From an uncultured Clostridia bacterium (GTDB lineage: Bacteria; Bacillota; Clostridia; Christensenellales; QAND01): a stretch of 64,000 nt of DNA. The notes beneath the pieces are model-generated. The model saw only the letters and a list, made by a program, of their open reading frames with translations. It was not told where the DNA came from and searched no databases. Shown here piece after piece: positions 46,850 to 58,041 of this stretch. A program made the position numbers and the translations under genes. Position 1 is the stretch's first letter. Each line of letters starts with the position of its first letter. The stretch covers positions 107,538-171,537 of the forward strand of contig CAZHNN010000002.1 in assembly GCA_964533965.1 (NCBI GenBank), written 5' to 3'.

Positions 46850-47635
46850 TTAGAGTTCTCCGCTTAGCAGCGTTTCAAACAGACGCATATCGCTCTCGTG
46901 CTCCCCATAGAACACATGCATGAGCATCAAACCCTGCGGCGGCGCAGTAAGTCCTCCGCAAAGCCTGTCCTTTTGCTCGATCATGCCGGAAAATGCGTTT
47001 GTTTCGAGCTTTCCGCGCCCGATATCGATGAGCGTTCCCGCGATGATGCGCACCATGTTATACAAAAATCCGTCACCGAGCACATCGAGTATGATCCTAT
47101 CGCCCAACTTTGTCAGCTTAGCTTCAAAGATGGTGCGAACGGTGCTCTTCACCTTGCTGCCAGACGCCGCGAACGCCGCGAAATCGTGTTTTCCCAACAG
47201 CGGTGAAAGCGCGTGCTGCATTCTGCTAAAATCAAGCCTGTAGGGGATATGGCAGGTCGTGCGGCGGTAAATCGCACTTCCCTGCGGGTGGTGAAGAATC
47301 GTGTAGCGGTACCATTTCTTCTTCGCATCAAAACGGGCGTGAAAGCCGTCGCTGGCCTGTTCACTTTTCTTGATGCGAATGTCTCTGGGAAGCAAAAAAT
47401 TCAGCGCGTAACTGATGCGTTCGGGTGGAATACGCGTGTTAACATCGAAGTGGCAGGTCATGCAAAGCGCATGGACGCCCGCATCCGTCCTGCCCGAACC
47501 GTGCACCGTAACTTCCTGGCCCGTAAGCTCGTGGATGGCCTCTTCGACCTTCTGCTGCACGGAAGGCTCTTGTTTCTGGCGCTGCCAGCCTGCATAATCC
47601 GTCCCATCGAACTCAACGTCCATGCGGATGCGCAT
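46850..47635 (-). CDS. truA: tRNA pseudouridine(38-40) synthase
   Basis: MRIRMDVEFDGTDYAGWQRQ..GRTDAGVHA motif. ATGA overlap with the ecfT stop at 47635, and the track ORF overshoots. Confidence 0.93.
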   Translation of the reverse strand: MRIRMDVEFDGTDYAGWQRQKQEPSVQQKVEEAIHELTGQEVTVHGSGRTDAGVHALCMTCHFDVNTRIPPERISYALNFLLPRDIRIKKSEQASDGFHARFDAKKKWYRYTILHHPQGSAIYRRTTCHIPYRLDFSRMQHALSPLLGKHDFAAFAASGSKVKSTVRTIFEAKLTKLGDRIILDVLGDGFLYNMVRIIAGTLIDIGRGKLETNAFSGMIEQKDRLCGGLTAPPQGLMLMHVFYGEHESDMRLFETLLSGEL

Positions 47636-48432
47636 CACAGCCCCCCCACGGTGGCCAATGCATAGCAAGCCGCCATCAGCAGCATTGCCCAATAGTCCCT
47701 GCCTGCGGATTTGAGCACCTTGAGTTTCGTGCGCCCCTCGCCGCCGTGATAGCATCTGGCTTCCATTGCTACCGCCAATTCCTCCGCACGCCTGAATGCG
47801 CTGATAAAAAGCGGCACCAAAAGCGGCACAAGGCTCATCGCGCGTTTGATGGGCCCGCCGGTATCAAAGTCGGCGCCCCTGGCTGCCTGTGCCAGGCGTA
47901 TGCGGTTGGCCTCTTCGGAGAGCGTCGGAATGAATCGCAACGCTATCGTCATCATCATCGCAAGTTCATGCGCCGGAAATCCCAGCTTGCTAAACGGCCG
48001 AAGCAGCGCCTCAAGACCATCGGTAAGCTGCAAAGGGGAGGTTGTCAATGTTAATAGTGACGTTCCCGCCACCAACATAGAAAGCCTGATGGCAAGCATG
48101 ATTGCGGTTCGAAGCCCCATCGATGTGATCGAGAAGATCCAGAAAGATACCAGGACGGGTCCGCCGCGCGTTAAGAACAGGTTGAGTATAAATGTGAATA
48201 TCAGTATAAACAGCAACGGTCTTAGCCCGCGCAGCAACACGCGCACCGGGACATGGGACAGCGATGTTGCCAATACGATCAGCGCAAACATCATGCCATA
48301 ACCTAAAGCGGTGTCCACCAAAAACGCGAGCACGATGAAGAGCATCGACAGCATGATCTTAAAGCGCGGATCCAGTCTGTGGATCACGCTTTCGGCAGGG
48401 TAATACTGGCCCAGCGCCAAGTCTTTAAACAT
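47635..48432 (-). CDS. ecfT: ECF transporter transmembrane component
   Basis: CbiQ/EcfT pattern (..RLAQAARGADF..), located after two EcfA genes. Confidence 0.9.
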   Translation of the reverse strand: MFKDLALGQYYPAESVIHRLDPRFKIMLSMLFIVLAFLVDTALGYGMMFALIVLATSLSHVPVRVLLRGLRPLLFILIFTFILNLFLTRGGPVLVSFWIFSITSMGLRTAIMLAIRLSMLVAGTSLLTLTTSPLQLTDGLEALLRPFSKLGFPAHELAMMMTIALRFIPTLSEEANRIRLAQAARGADFDTGGPIKRAMSLVPLLVPLFISAFRRAEELAVAMEARCYHGGEGRTKLKVLKSAGRDYWAMLLMAACYALATVGGL

Positions 48433-49285
48433 TGCCCCGCCTCCTTTTCAAAGCCTGGGCGATGCTCAATGCCATCCCCTGCGGCGTTGCGTCAAACTCC
48501 AAGTCAAAGCCTTGTTCACTGAGTTCCGAATGCAACTGCGACATCACGGGCATGCCAAGGCCGATGCCAAACAGGTATTCCGCATTGGAGAAAACCTCCT
48601 GCGGCGTTCCGGCTTTGACGATTTCACCTTCATGGAGGATCAGCACCCGCTGTGCGCACACCGCGATATCGTCCATCGCATGGGATACCATCACGACGGC
48701 TATTCCCGTCTCCTTATGCAATCTTTGGATACGGTTCAACAATAGACGTCTGCCCTCGGGATCAAGTCCAGCTGCCGGTTCGTCCAAGACCAGATACTTC
48801 GGCTGCATCGCCAAAACACCGGCGATCGCGACTCTACGCTTCTGCCCGCCCGATAGCTCAAACGGGCTGCGCTTGGCATACTCGTCGTATTCGAGGTCCA
48901 TCTGCTCCATCGCGTGCAGCACGCGTTCATGCTGCTCCTTTTCGTCAAATCCCATGTTCTTGGGTCCAAAGGCGATATCCTTTTCCACCGTCTCCTCAAA
49001 GAGCTGGTATTCGGGATATTGGAACACCATGCCGACGGTGGTGCGCACTTTCTTTTTGGGGTAATCGCCAGATAGCCGGATGCCGTCCACCGTGATTTCC
49101 CCACGTTGGGCCGGGATCAGGCCGTTGAGATGCTGCACCAGCGTGCTTTTTCCGCTTCCTGTCTGGCCGATGATGCCGATAAATTCGCCTTCTTTGACCT
49201 CAAAGCTGATGTCAGAAAGCGCCTCCGTCTCCATCGGCGTATTGGGAGCATAAGTATGAAAGAGATGCTCTACCGTAATTGACAT
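48425..49285 (-). CDS. ecfA2: ECF transporter ATPase A2
   Basis: Walker A GQTGSGKST and LSGGQKRRVAIAG. ATG 49285 (MSITVEH). Confidence 0.9.
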   Translation of the reverse strand: MSITVEHLFHTYAPNTPMETEALSDISFEVKEGEFIGIIGQTGSGKSTLVQHLNGLIPAQRGEITVDGIRLSGDYPKKKVRTTVGMVFQYPEYQLFEETVEKDIAFGPKNMGFDEKEQHERVLHAMEQMDLEYDEYAKRSPFELSGGQKRRVAIAGVLAMQPKYLVLDEPAAGLDPEGRRLLLNRIQRLHKETGIAVVMVSHAMDDIAVCAQRVLILHEGEIVKAGTPQEVFSNAEYLFGIGLGMPVMSQLHSELSEQGFDLEFDATPQGMALSIAQALKRRRGNV

Positions 49286-50088
49286 AGCCTGTTCACCGTC
49301 TCTTCCATGCAAAGCCCTGCGCCTATGTCGATGCCTTGCAGCTTAAGCTCATGCGCAAGCGCCATCAACGGCGGCAATTCCATGCCAAGATCGATCAGCC
49401 GTTCCATGTGGTTAGAAAACACGTCCTGCGGCGTTCCGTCCAGCTCGATGCGGCCGTCGTTTAGCACCACCAGGCGGTCCGCCCGCAGCGCTTCTTCCAT
49501 GTTGTGCGTGATGTGCAATATCGTGATGCCCGCCCGATGCAACGCCTCCATGGCGGAAAGGACCGCTTCGCGCCCGACAGGGTCAAGCATCGATGTGGAC
49601 TCGTCAAAGACGATCAGTTTCGGCTGCATGGCCAAAACGCCCGCAATCGCAATGCGCTGCTTCTGTCCGCCCGAAAGCTGGTACGGCGCTCTAAGCCGGT
49701 ATGCTTCCATGTCCACCGCCAAAAGAGAAAGATCTACGCGTTCGTTGATTTCCTTCGTGGGAACTCCCAGGTTTTCAGGGCCAAACGCGACATCCTCCTC
49801 CACAACGGAGGCAACGATCTGGTTGTCGGGGTTTTGAAATACCATGCCGGCGCTTGCGCGGATCTTCAATGTCAAGTCATTGTCCTTCGTATCCATCGTA
49901 AAGGTATACACATTCCCTTCGTCCGGCCGAAGGAGCGCGTTGATATGTCGCGCCAGCGTGCTCTTGCCGCTGCCGTTGCGCCCTATGAGAGCTATGTATT
50001 CCCCTGCGTTGACAAACAAATCAAGCGCAGAGAGCGCCTGCCATTGCCCGAAGGCATAGCTGACGCTCGAGAAGCGAACCGCCTCCAT
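49270..50088 (-). CDS. ecfA1: ECF transporter ATPase A1
   Basis: Walker A GRNGSGKST and LSGGQKQRIAIAG. First gene after rplQ, as in Firmicutes. Confidence 0.9.
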   Translation of the reverse strand: MEAVRFSSVSYAFGQWQALSALDLFVNAGEYIALIGRNGSGKSTLARHINALLRPDEGNVYTFTMDTKDNDLTLKIRASAGMVFQNPDNQIVASVVEEDVAFGPENLGVPTKEINERVDLSLLAVDMEAYRLRAPYQLSGGQKQRIAIAGVLAMQPKLIVFDESTSMLDPVGREAVLSAMEALHRAGITILHITHNMEEALRADRLVVLNDGRIELDGTPQDVFSNHMERLIDLGMELPPLMALAHELKLQGIDIGAGLCMEETVNRLCQLR

Positions 50089-50103
50089 TTTGCCCTCCTG
50101 CTT

Positions 50104-50130
50104 AGAGAAAAGGGAGCCGTTAGGCTCCCT
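50104..50130 (-). terminator. hairpin after rplQ (terminator or attenuator before the ecf genes)
   Basis: Minus strand AGGGAGCC-TAAC-GGCTCCCT followed by TTTTCTCT. Confidence 0.55.
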
Positions 50131-50144
50131 GTGCGTTGAAATTC

Positions 50145-50627
50145 TCAGACGAGTTCCAAAATCGCCATCGGTGCCGCGTCTCCGCGTCGCGGACCCATCT
50201 TGATGATGCGCGTATAGCCTCCGCCTTGCCCAAGATCGCGGGCTCGAGCGGCATACTTCGGTCCAATCTCGCGGAACAGCTTCTCCACGACGGGATTGTT
50301 GATGTCACCGGTCCGCTCTTCGTATTTAGCCTTGGATTCCTTCTCTTCCTTCTCCATCGGCACGTTGTACAGGTAGGCCATCAGTTGACGGCGGACTGCC
50401 AATTTGCTCGGAGCATCGTTGATGAAAGTCTTCCCATCCTTCTTTACGGTGACGGTTTTGTCGTATTCGCCAATGGCCAGCGTGATCAGTTTCTCCGCTA
50501 TGCTGCGTACTTCTTTCGCCCGCGTCTCGGTTGTCTCGATCTTGCCGTTCAAGATCAGCGCGGTGGTAAGATTGCGCAACATGGCCAGCCTTTGGTCAGT
50601 TGGCCTGCCCAGTTTGCGGTATCCCAT
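50145..50627 (-). CDS. rplQ: 50S ribosomal protein L17 (with internal insertions, 160 aa)
   Basis: [20 protein letters not shown].. and ..[25 protein letters not shown]. Confidence 0.95.
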   Translation of the reverse strand: MGYRKLGRPTDQRLAMLRNLTTALILNGKIETTETRAKEVRSIAEKLITLAIGEYDKTVTVKKDGKTFINDAPSKLAVRRQLMAYLYNVPMEKEEKESKAKYEERTGDINNPVVEKLFREIGPKYAARARDLGQGGGYTRIIKMGPRRGDAAPMAILELV

Positions 50628-50641
50628 GGGGTATTTCCTCC

Positions 50642-51583
50642 TTATTCGTCGCTCGGGCGCAGGCTCAGGCCAAGCTCTTCGAGCTTTTGCTGGACTTCTT
50701 CCAGCGATTTACGGCCCAGGTTGCGCACTTTCATCATTTCTTCTTCGGTCATCTTGACCAGCTCATCCACCGTGCTGATGCCGGCGCGCTTGAGGCAGTT
50801 GTAGCTTCTTACGGAAAGATCCAGATCATCGATGCTCTTTTCAAGCACGCTGTTATGATGCTCATCTTCCTTGCTGACCATGATCTCCACACCGCTGACA
50901 TGATCCGTCAGGTTCACGAACAGGGAAAGGTGCTCGGTCATGATCTTGGCCGCCAGCGAAGCTGCTTCCTGCGGGGCGATGACGCCGTTGGTCCAGATAT
51001 CAAGCGTCAGCTTATCGTAGTCTGTCACTTGGCCTACGCGGGTGTTCTCCACCGTGAAGTTCACCTTTTTGACAGGGGTGAAGATCGAATCCATCGGGAT
51101 GATGCCAATCGGCATGCCGGGTTTTTTGTTCTTGTCCGCATAGACGTAGCCGCGGCCCTTCTCCATCACGACTTCCAGGTTCAGCGTCGCCTTCTCGTTC
51201 AAGGTGGCGATGTGCATTTCCGGATTCAAAATGTCGATCTCGGGATCAGGATAGAAATCGGCAGCGGTGACGACGCTCGGCCCTTTGGCATTGATGCGAA
51301 TGGTCTTGGGCGAATCGATGTGCATAACGGCGGACAAGCCCTTGAGGCTTAGAAGGATATCTGTGACATCCTCCTGCACGCCGTCGATGGTGGAAAATTC
51401 ATGCAGGACCCCTTCGATTCGCATGCTCGTCGCTGCCACGCCGGGCAGAGAGGACAACAGGATGCGGCGCATAGCGTTCCCAAGCGTTGTGCCAAATCCG
51501 CGCTCCAAGGGCTCTATGACAAACCGGCCATACGTACGTTCCTGTATCTCGCATTCTATATTCGGCTTTTCTATTTCTATCAT
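50642..51583 (-). CDS. rpoA: DNA-directed RNA polymerase subunit alpha
   Basis: Canonical RpoA N-terminal and C-terminal domain sequence. Confidence 0.97.
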   Translation of the reverse strand: MIEIEKPNIECEIQERTYGRFVIEPLERGFGTTLGNAMRRILLSSLPGVAATSMRIEGVLHEFSTIDGVQEDVTDILLSLKGLSAVMHIDSPKTIRINAKGPSVVTAADFYPDPEIDILNPEMHIATLNEKATLNLEVVMEKGRGYVYADKNKKPGMPIGIIPMDSIFTPVKKVNFTVENTRVGQVTDYDKLTLDIWTNGVIAPQEAASLAAKIMTEHLSLFVNLTDHVSGVEIMVSKEDEHHNSVLEKSIDDLDLSVRSYNCLKRAGISTVDELVKMTEEEMMKVRNLGRKSLEEVQQKLEELGLSLRPSDE

Positions 51584-51624
51584 TACGCAGTGCTCCTCCT
51601 ATTCGGATTGTCTTTTGTGAAGCA

Positions 51625-52248
51625 TCACCTGGAGTATAGCTCGACGATCTGATGTTCTTCGATGGTCAAATCGATATCATCCCTCTGCGGCATTGCCACG
51701 ACCGTTCCCTTGAGGTTCTCGGCATCCAGCGAAAGCCATTTCGGCAGGTTGCGGTTGCCCTCTTCACGCAGCGCCTTGACATGCTCGATATCCTGCGAGC
51801 GCTCCTTGACGGTAATGACATCTCCCGGCTTCACGAGGAACGAAGGAATGTCTACTTTCTTGCCGTTGACCAGCACATGCCCATGGCTTACCATCTGGCG
51901 GGCTTGCGCACGGCTATCGCCCAAGCCCAGGCGGTACACAACGTTGTCCAGCCTGCGCTCCAACAGGATCAGCAGGTTTTCACCCGTGATGCCGTGCATG
52001 CGGCTGGCATGTTCGAAGGTCTTGCGGAACTGCCCTTCCATGACGCCATAGGTGCGGCGGGCCTTCTGCTTTTCGCGAAGCTGAATGCCATACTGGCTCT
52101 GCTTCTTGCGGCTGACGCCATGCTGTCCCGGCGGTGTCGGGCGTTTTGTTACGGCGCACTTCGCGCCAAAGCAACGGTCGCCTTTGAGGAACAACTTCAT
52201 GCCCTCGCGGCGGCATTGCCTGCATACGGAATCTATATATCTTGCCAT
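51625..52248 (-). CDS. rpsD: 30S ribosomal protein S4
   Basis: Canonical S4 sequence. Confidence 0.97.
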   Translation of the reverse strand: MARYIDSVCRQCRREGMKLFLKGDRCFGAKCAVTKRPTPPGQHGVSRKKQSQYGIQLREKQKARRTYGVMEGQFRKTFEHASRMHGITGENLLILLERRLDNVVYRLGLGDSRAQARQMVSHGHVLVNGKKVDIPSFLVKPGDVITVKERSQDIEHVKALREEGNRNLPKWLSLDAENLKGTVVAMPQRDDIDLTIEEHQIVELYSR

Positions 52249-52264
52249 AGCGGATATCCTCCTT

Positions 52265-52669
52265 TTACACGCGACGACGCTTGGGCGGGCGGCATCCGTT
52301 ATGCGGAATAGGGGTGACGTCTTTGATCATCGTCACTTCGAGCCCTGCGGCCTGCAGTGAGCGGATCGCGGCTTCGCGGCTTGCGCCCGGGCCTTTGACG
52401 AACACCTCTACCGTGCGAAGTCCATGTTCCTTGGCTGCCTTGGCTGCGGTTTCTGCAGCCACCTGGGCAGCAAAAGGCGTGGATTTGCGCGAACCGCGAA
52501 ATCCACTGCCGCCGGAGCTGGCCCATGAAATGGCATTGCCGTTTACGTCGGTGATGGTCACGATGGTATTGTTAAAGGAGGTGTGGATATGTACCTGCCC
52601 CCGCTCGATGTTTTTGCGCACAACGCGTTTGCGCGTCGTGGTACGCTTTTTTTGCTTGGGTGCTGCCAT
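52265..52669 (-). CDS. rpsK: 30S ribosomal protein S11
   Basis: Canonical S11 sequence. Confidence 0.97.
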   Translation of the reverse strand: MAAPKQKKRTTTRKRVVRKNIERGQVHIHTSFNNTIVTITDVNGNAISWASSGGSGFRGSRKSTPFAAQVAAETAAKAAKEHGLRTVEVFVKGPGASREAAIRSLQAAGLEVTMIKDVTPIPHNGCRPPKRRRV

Positions 52670-52684
52670 CTACATTACTCCTCC

Positions 52685-53053
52685 TTATTTCTTCTTGCCT
52701 GCAACGGTCCGTTTGGGGCCCTTGCGGGTGCGGGCATTCTGCTTGGTGCTCTGTCCACGGACGGGCAGACCCTTGCGGTGACGAATGCCGCGGTAGCAGC
52801 CGATTTCCATCAATCGCTTGATGTTCAGCTGAACGTCCCTTCTGAGGTCGCCTTCTACCGTCAGGTTTTTATCAATATAGTCGCGGAGCAAACTCTCCTG
52901 CACTTCCGTCAAATCGCGGACGCGGGTATCAGGGCTTACGCCGGTTTCGCGGAGTATTTTGTCAGCAGTGGGACGGCCGATGCCATAAATATAGGTCAGC
53001 CCGATCTCGATGCGCTTCTCTCTGGGCAAATCGATGCCAGATATGCGTGCCAT
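52685..53053 (-). CDS. rpsM: 30S ribosomal protein S13
   Basis: Canonical S13 sequence ([14 protein letters not shown]). Confidence 0.97.
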   Translation of the reverse strand: MARISGIDLPREKRIEIGLTYIYGIGRPTADKILRETGVSPDTRVRDLTEVQESLLRDYIDKNLTVEGDLRRDVQLNIKRLMEIGCYRGIRHRKGLPVRGQSTKQNARTRKGPKRTVAGKKK

Positions 53054-53142
53054 TAGGGTACACCTCCCGGTTTACTTGAGAAAAATCTATATATGACGCA
53101 CGGTTGAGGTTTTGCCTCAATCAGCCGCCCGCGCGCGGATTT

Positions 53143-53256
53143 TCAGCCTTGCTTCTGTTTGTGTTTGGGGTTTTCACAGATGACCATTACTTTTCCATGC
53201 CTTCTGATGATCTTGCATTTTTCACACATCGGTTTGATTGAGGGACGTACTTTCAT
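53143..53256 (-). CDS. rpmJ: 50S ribosomal protein L36
   Basis: Manual translation gives [37 protein letters not shown]-stop. Below the ORF-track length cutoff. Confidence 0.93.
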   Translation of the reverse strand: MKVRPSIKPMCEKCKIIRRHGKVMVICENPKHKQKQG

Positions 53257-53309
53257 CTATTATATCCTCCTAAGCATTTTACAAACGTAATCTTGGGTTA
53301 GCTTTGCCA

Positions 53310-53531
53310 TCAACCCTTGCCGCGCCATGTGATGCGGCCGCGGGTCAAATCATAGGGAGAGAGCTCGATGGTCACCTTGTCCCCGGGCAATATGCGGATA
53401 TAGTGCATGCGCAATTTCCCGGAAATATGTGCAAGAACCTTATGCCCGTTGGGAAGTTCCACTTCAAACACCGCGTTCGGAAACGCGTCTGTGACCTTTC
53501 CCTCTACCTCGATAACATCGACTTTGGCCAA
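53310..53531 (-). CDS. infA: translation initiation factor IF-1
   Basis: Canonical IF-1 sequence. Confidence 0.97.
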   Translation of the reverse strand: MAKVDVIEVEGKVTDAFPNAVFEVELPNGHKVLAHISGKLRMHYIRILPGDKVTIELSPYDLTRGRITWRGKG

Positions 53532-53532
53532 G

Positions 53533-53835
53533 TTAGCCCTCCTTCTTTGATGCGCTCACGGTTCCATACCCCGTGTCCTCCAGCGCCTTTCGAATCTCTG
53601 CATCGAACACATGCTGACCGCCAGAAAGTTTCTGTGCGATGACCGGAAGGCTAACACCTACCGTTTTTACGTGTTTGCGTCGTTTCTTTTTTGGCGCCGT
53701 TTGTTTTCGCTTTTTTCCATCTACAGTAAGTATAAATTCTTCATCGACAATAGAGTATACCATAAAGTATTTTCCCTTGTCGCGTCCGGCTTTGCTTTGT
53801 ATTATATCGCCTATGCGTATGTCTTCGGGGTTCAT
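53533..53835 (-). CDS. KOW domain-containing RNA-binding protein
   Basis: [22 protein letters not shown]-like motif and a Lys-rich centre. Sits between map and infA. ATG 53835 follows GGAGGAA and overlaps the map stop. Confidence 0.7.
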   Translation of the reverse strand: MNPEDIRIGDIIQSKAGRDKGKYFMVYSIVDEEFILTVDGKKRKQTAPKKKRRKHVKTVGVSLPVIAQKLSGGQHVFDAEIRKALEDTGYGTVSASKKEG

Positions 53836-54584
53836 CGTTTTTCCTCCGTGAGAATCCACGGGCCGTTATCCGTAATCGCTACGGTATGCTCGTAGTGGGC
53901 AGACAGCTTGCCGTCTGCGGTCACCACGGTCCAATCGTCATCCAGCATGAACACGCGATGCGTTCCGGCGTTGATCATAGGCTCGATTGCAATGACCATT
54001 CCCGCCTTGAGCACTTCCCCCGTCCCGGATCTGCCATAGTTGTACACGACGGGTTCCTCGTGCAATTCCCTTCCGATGCCATGCCCTGTCAGCGCCCGTA
54101 CCGGCGCGAATCCTTCTTTGGCGGCGCACTGCGCGATCGCATTTCCCATATCGCCGAGCCTACAGCCCGGATTGGCAAATTGCAGCGCCACCTCAAAGCA
54201 TTCCCTGGTGTTCTCCACGAGCCTTTTTGCTTCCTCGCTGCAATTGCCCATGAGGAATGTGTCCGCCATGTCCGAATGAAATCCCTTGTAGTAGGCGCCC
54301 AGATCCACCGAGACGATGTCCCCGTCCTTGATCATGCGATCTTTTGGGATCCCGTGCACGACCTCTTCGTTGATGCTGATGCAGATGTGCCCCGGATAGC
54401 CGTTATAGTGATAGAACGATGGTTTTGCGCCCATCTGAAGGATGGCCTGGTGGATGATCTCATCCAACTCGTGCGTTGTCATGCCGATTCGTACCGATTC
54501 CCTTGCCAATTTCATCGCCTTTGCGGCGATCTGGCAGGCCTCAAACATGCATTGGAGTTCATCGGCTGTTTTGATCGGTATCAT
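53832..54584 (-). CDS. map: type I methionine aminopeptidase
   Basis: Canonical MetAP-I metal-ligand pattern (D..D..H..E..E context). Confidence 0.95.
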   Translation of the reverse strand: MIPIKTADELQCMFEACQIAAKAMKLARESVRIGMTTHELDEIIHQAILQMGAKPSFYHYNGYPGHICISINEEVVHGIPKDRMIKDGDIVSVDLGAYYKGFHSDMADTFLMGNCSEEAKRLVENTRECFEVALQFANPGCRLGDMGNAIAQCAAKEGFAPVRALTGHGIGRELHEEPVVYNYGRSGTGEVLKAGMVIAIEPMINAGTHRVFMLDDDWTVVTADGKLSAHYEHTVAITDNGPWILTEEKR

Positions 54585-55210
54585 TTAAACGCCTTTTGCA
54601 GCAGGGAGCATATCTCCTCGAACACAGTATCGATTTCCTTTGTCCCGTCTACGGTCTTTAGGATCCCCTGTGCAGCGTAGAAATCAATCAGCGGCTGCGT
54701 TTGTTGATGATAGACGACAAGGCGGTTTTGTATTGTTTCGGGCGAATCATCTGCGCGCTGGATCAAAGGTCCTCCGCAAGCCGAACAGGTTTCGCCCTTC
54801 ATGTTGCTTACATGGTACGTTGCACCGCAGTTCTTGCAGACGCGCCGTCCCGAGAGCCGCTCAATGATCATTTCGTCCGGTACATCGATGTTGATGGCCA
54901 TCTCGATGTTGGTCTTCTGCGAGAGCGCCTGGGCCTGCACCACCGTACGCGGGAATCCGTCGAACAGAAATCCGTTTTTACAGTCCGGCTGCTGCAACCT
55001 CTGCGCCACAATGCCGATGACGACATCGTCCGGTACCAGCTTGCCCGCATCCATATAGCTTTTCGCTTCAAGGCCCAGCTTCGTGCCCTGCTTTATCTCG
55101 GACCGGAGGATATCCCCGGTGGAGATGTGGGCGATGCCATACTTTTCGCAGACACCAATTGCCTGCGTACCCTTGCCGGCGCCGGGAGGGCCGAGAAAAA
55201 CCAGCTTCAT
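54581..55210 (-). CDS. adk: adenylate kinase
   Basis: GPPGAGKGTQ P-loop and Zn-lid CKNCGATYH..CSACGG. Confidence 0.97.
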   Translation of the reverse strand: MKLVFLGPPGAGKGTQAIGVCEKYGIAHISTGDILRSEIKQGTKLGLEAKSYMDAGKLVPDDVVIGIVAQRLQQPDCKNGFLFDGFPRTVVQAQALSQKTNIEMAINIDVPDEMIIERLSGRRVCKNCGATYHVSNMKGETCSACGGPLIQRADDSPETIQNRLVVYHQQTQPLIDFYAAQGILKTVDGTKEIDTVFEEICSLLQKAFK

Positions 55211-55221
55211 CGAGTTACCTC

Positions 55222-56484
55222 CTATTTCAAGAACCCCTTGTAATTGCGCATGACCATCTGGGATTCCAAAGCCTTGCTGGTCTCCAGCGATACGGAAACC
55301 GAGATCAAAAGCCCTGTCGCAGTCAGTGCGAAATTGCTCACAAACAGTCCTATCACAAGCGACGGAACGGTGGCCAGCACGGCCAGGAAGATTCCGCTGA
55401 ACATCGTCAGCCTGGAGGATATCCTGCCAAGATAATCGCTGGTCGGTCTTCCGGGACGAATGCCGGGAATAAATCCGCCGTATTCCTGGATGTTCTTAGA
55501 TACTTCGATCGGGTTAAAGGTAACCATGTTGTAGAAGAACCCAAGGCCTATGATCAGAACCGCAAACAGGAGCGAGTAGATAACCGTGCCCGTGCCAAGC
55601 CAGCGCTGGTACCAAATGGCAAAACCGCTGGCGGGCCAGAATTGCGCGATCATGCTGGGTACCTGCAGCAGCGTGATTGCAAAGATGATGGGCAGCACGC
55701 CCGCGCTGTTTAGCTTCATAGGTATATGCGTGTTCTGTCCGCCGTAGATCTTGCGTCCGACCACGCGTTTGGCGTATTGGATCGGTATCCTGCGCTCGGT
55801 GCTGTCAACAAGGACAACGCCCGTGAACAATGCAATGATAAGTGCAATGAGCGGGAGCAATACCCAGAATGTCACGTCGCCCTTCCAGATATTCTGCGCA
55901 AGGCCGATGAAGGAGACCGGAAGTCTGGATACAACGCCGACCATGATGATCAGCGAGATGCCGTTTCCGATGCCTCTTTCCGTGATCTTCTCCGCCATCC
56001 ACATCACGATCATAGAGCCCGCAACCAGCGAGAGCACCACCGCGACGTAGGTGAGGATACGGGTATTCAGAAGAAAGCTCTTCAGCGCGAACACCATGAC
56101 AATGGACATCATGACAGCCAATCCCAACGTGAGATAGCGGGTGAAGCGCTGGATCTTGTCGCGTCCTTCTTCGCCGCCTTCTTTGCTAAGCCGTTCGAGA
56201 TAAGGGATCGCAAAGGTCAGCAGCTGCATCACGATGGAAGATGTGATATAGGGTGAAATGCCGATGGCAAAGATGGTGAAGTGTGCAAAGCTGCCGCCTG
56301 TTATCATATTCAGGAAGCCCAGAATACTGTATTGATCCACCATCGAAGAGATGGCTGCATTGTTCACACCGGCAACGGGGATGAACGAAGCGCCGACGCG
56401 ATAGAAAAAGAGAACCATCAGTGAGAATAAAATCTTCTTACGAAGCTCTTCAATACGCCAAGCGTTCCTGAATGTTTCAAGCAT
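55222..56484 (-). CDS. secY: preprotein translocase subunit SecY
   Basis: Ten-TM SecY sequence in the expected position. Confidence 0.97.
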   Translation of the reverse strand: MLETFRNAWRIEELRKKILFSLMVLFFYRVGASFIPVAGVNNAAISSMVDQYSILGFLNMITGGSFAHFTIFAIGISPYITSSIVMQLLTFAIPYLERLSKEGGEEGRDKIQRFTRYLTLGLAVMMSIVMVFALKSFLLNTRILTYVAVVLSLVAGSMIVMWMAEKITERGIGNGISLIIMVGVVSRLPVSFIGLAQNIWKGDVTFWVLLPLIALIIALFTGVVLVDSTERRIPIQYAKRVVGRKIYGGQNTHIPMKLNSAGVLPIIFAITLLQVPSMIAQFWPASGFAIWYQRWLGTGTVIYSLLFAVLIIGLGFFYNMVTFNPIEVSKNIQEYGGFIPGIRPGRPTSDYLGRISSRLTMFSGIFLAVLATVPSLVIGLFVSNFALTATGLLISVSVSLETSKALESQMVMRNYKGFLK

Positions 56485-56927
56485 TAGCCAATCACCTCTA
56501 CACTGCCTCCGGCAGCATTGATTTTCTCTTCTGCTGTTTTGGTTACTTTGGCTGCTTTTACGACAAGCTTCTTGGTCAGCTGACCGTCGCCCAAAATCTT
56601 GAGCCCGTCATTAACCTTGCTGATCTTGCCGATCTGTTTCATCGATTCGGCGGTGACCACAAACCCGTCAGAAAGCGATTCTAAATCACATACATTGAGT
56701 ATCGCATACTCTTTGGCGAAGATATTGGTGAAACCGCGCTTGGGCAACCGCCGCGTCAAAGGCATCTGACCGCCTTCGAAACCCGGGCGTACGCCGCCGC
56801 CGGACCTTGCCCACTGGCCTTTGTGACCTCGTGTGGAAGTCTTGCCCATGCCGCTGCCTATACCGCGGCCGACTCGCCTGGGCTCTTTGGTGGAACCCTC
56901 GGCGGGGCTTAAATCATGCAACTTCAT
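56484..56927 (-). CDS. rplO: 50S ribosomal protein L15
   Basis: Canonical L15 sequence. Confidence 0.97.
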   Translation of the reverse strand: MKLHDLSPAEGSTKEPRRVGRGIGSGMGKTSTRGHKGQWARSGGGVRPGFEGGQMPLTRRLPKRGFTNIFAKEYAILNVCDLESLSDGFVVTAESMKQIGKISKVNDGLKILGDGQLTKKLVVKAAKVTKTAEEKINAAGGSVEVIG

Positions 56928-56939
56928 CGAAGTTCCTCC

Positions 56940-57134
56940 TTACGCTTGTGCTTCGACTTCTTCCACCTTGATCAGATGGCGAACCTTAAACGCCATTCCG
57001 CGTATGGAAGGGGTATCCGCATGGGTTGCTACGGAATTGATCTTCCGCAACCCTAAGGATCTTACCGTGTCCTTCATATCCTGTGTGGCACCGATGGTGC
57101 TCTTCACAAGAGTCACTTTGATCTGTTTCATCAC
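56940..57134 (-). CDS. rpmD: 50S ribosomal protein L30
   Basis: Canonical L30 sequence (KVTLVKSTIG). Confidence 0.95.
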   Translation of the reverse strand: MMKQIKVTLVKSTIGATQDMKDTVRSLGLRKINSVATHADTPSIRGMAFKVRHLIKVEEVEAQA

Positions 57135-57142
57135 AAAGCCTC

Positions 57143-57640
57143 CTAGCCCAAAATCTGAGCGACAGTTTTGCCGCGCAGTTTGGCTACCTGCTCCACCGTC
57201 TTCAGTTGCCCCAGGCCGTTGAGCGTGGCCTTGATGCAGTTGGCTGCGTTATTGGATCCGTAGCTTTTGGTATAGATGTCCTTTACGCCCGCCATCTCCA
57301 AGACTGCACGAACCGGGCCGCCTGCGATGACACCGGTGCCTTCGGGCGCAGGTAAAAGCTGCACAAGCCCTTTTCCGAAACGGCCTTTTGCCGAGTGCGG
57401 AATGGTGCTGCCCTTCAAAGCCACCGTGATCATGTTGCGTTTGGCATCCTCCGTCGCCTTTCGTATGGCTTCGGGGATTTCCGCAGCTTTGCCGGTTCCC
57501 ATGCCGACGTGACCGTTCTCATCGCCGACCACCACAACCGCCGCAAAGCGGAAATTGCGTCCGCCCTTGACGACCTTGGTAACCCGGTTGATGGTAACGA
57601 GCTTTTCTTTTAAATCCAAGCCGGTTGTATCGATACGCAC
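57143..57640 (-). CDS. rpsE: 30S ribosomal protein S5
   Basis: Canonical S5 sequence. Confidence 0.97.
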   Translation of the reverse strand: MRIDTTGLDLKEKLVTINRVTKVVKGGRNFRFAAVVVVGDENGHVGMGTGKAAEIPEAIRKATEDAKRNMITVALKGSTIPHSAKGRFGKGLVQLLPAPEGTGVIAGGPVRAVLEMAGVKDIYTKSYGSNNAANCIKATLNGLGQLKTVEQVAKLRGKTVAQILG

Positions 57641-57657
57641 TATGGTTTCCTCCGTCT

Positions 57658-58026
57658 CTAAAAGTCCAGCCCGGCTTCGCGAGCGCCCTGTGCCACCGCT
57701 GCCACACGGCCGGTGTACAGGTATCCACCGCGGTCGAAGACGACCTTTTGAATTCCCTTTTCAAGTGCCTTCTGCGCGGCTTTTTGCCCAACGAGCTTTG
57801 CCGCTTCCGCCTTCGTGACGGCTTGGCACTGTTCCTTCAATCCGGGTTCCAGCGTGGACGCGCTTGCCAGCGTATGCCCTGTGACATCGTCGATGATCTG
57901 GGCATAAATGTGGTTGGAGCTTCTGTACACATTGAGCCTCGGCCTTTGTGCCGTACCCAGGATGTTCTTACGCGTACGCATGTGGCGCGCTATGCGCAAT
58001 TGGTTTTTATCTTGTTTTGAAATCAT
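57658..58026 (-). CDS. rplR: 50S ribosomal protein L18
   Basis: Canonical L18 sequence. Confidence 0.97.
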   Translation of the reverse strand: MISKQDKNQLRIARHMRTRKNILGTAQRPRLNVYRSSNHIYAQIIDDVTGHTLASASTLEPGLKEQCQAVTKAEAAKLVGQKAAQKALEKGIQKVVFDRGGYLYTGRVAAVAQGAREAGLDF

Positions 58027-58041
58027 GCTCAGCGCTCCCCC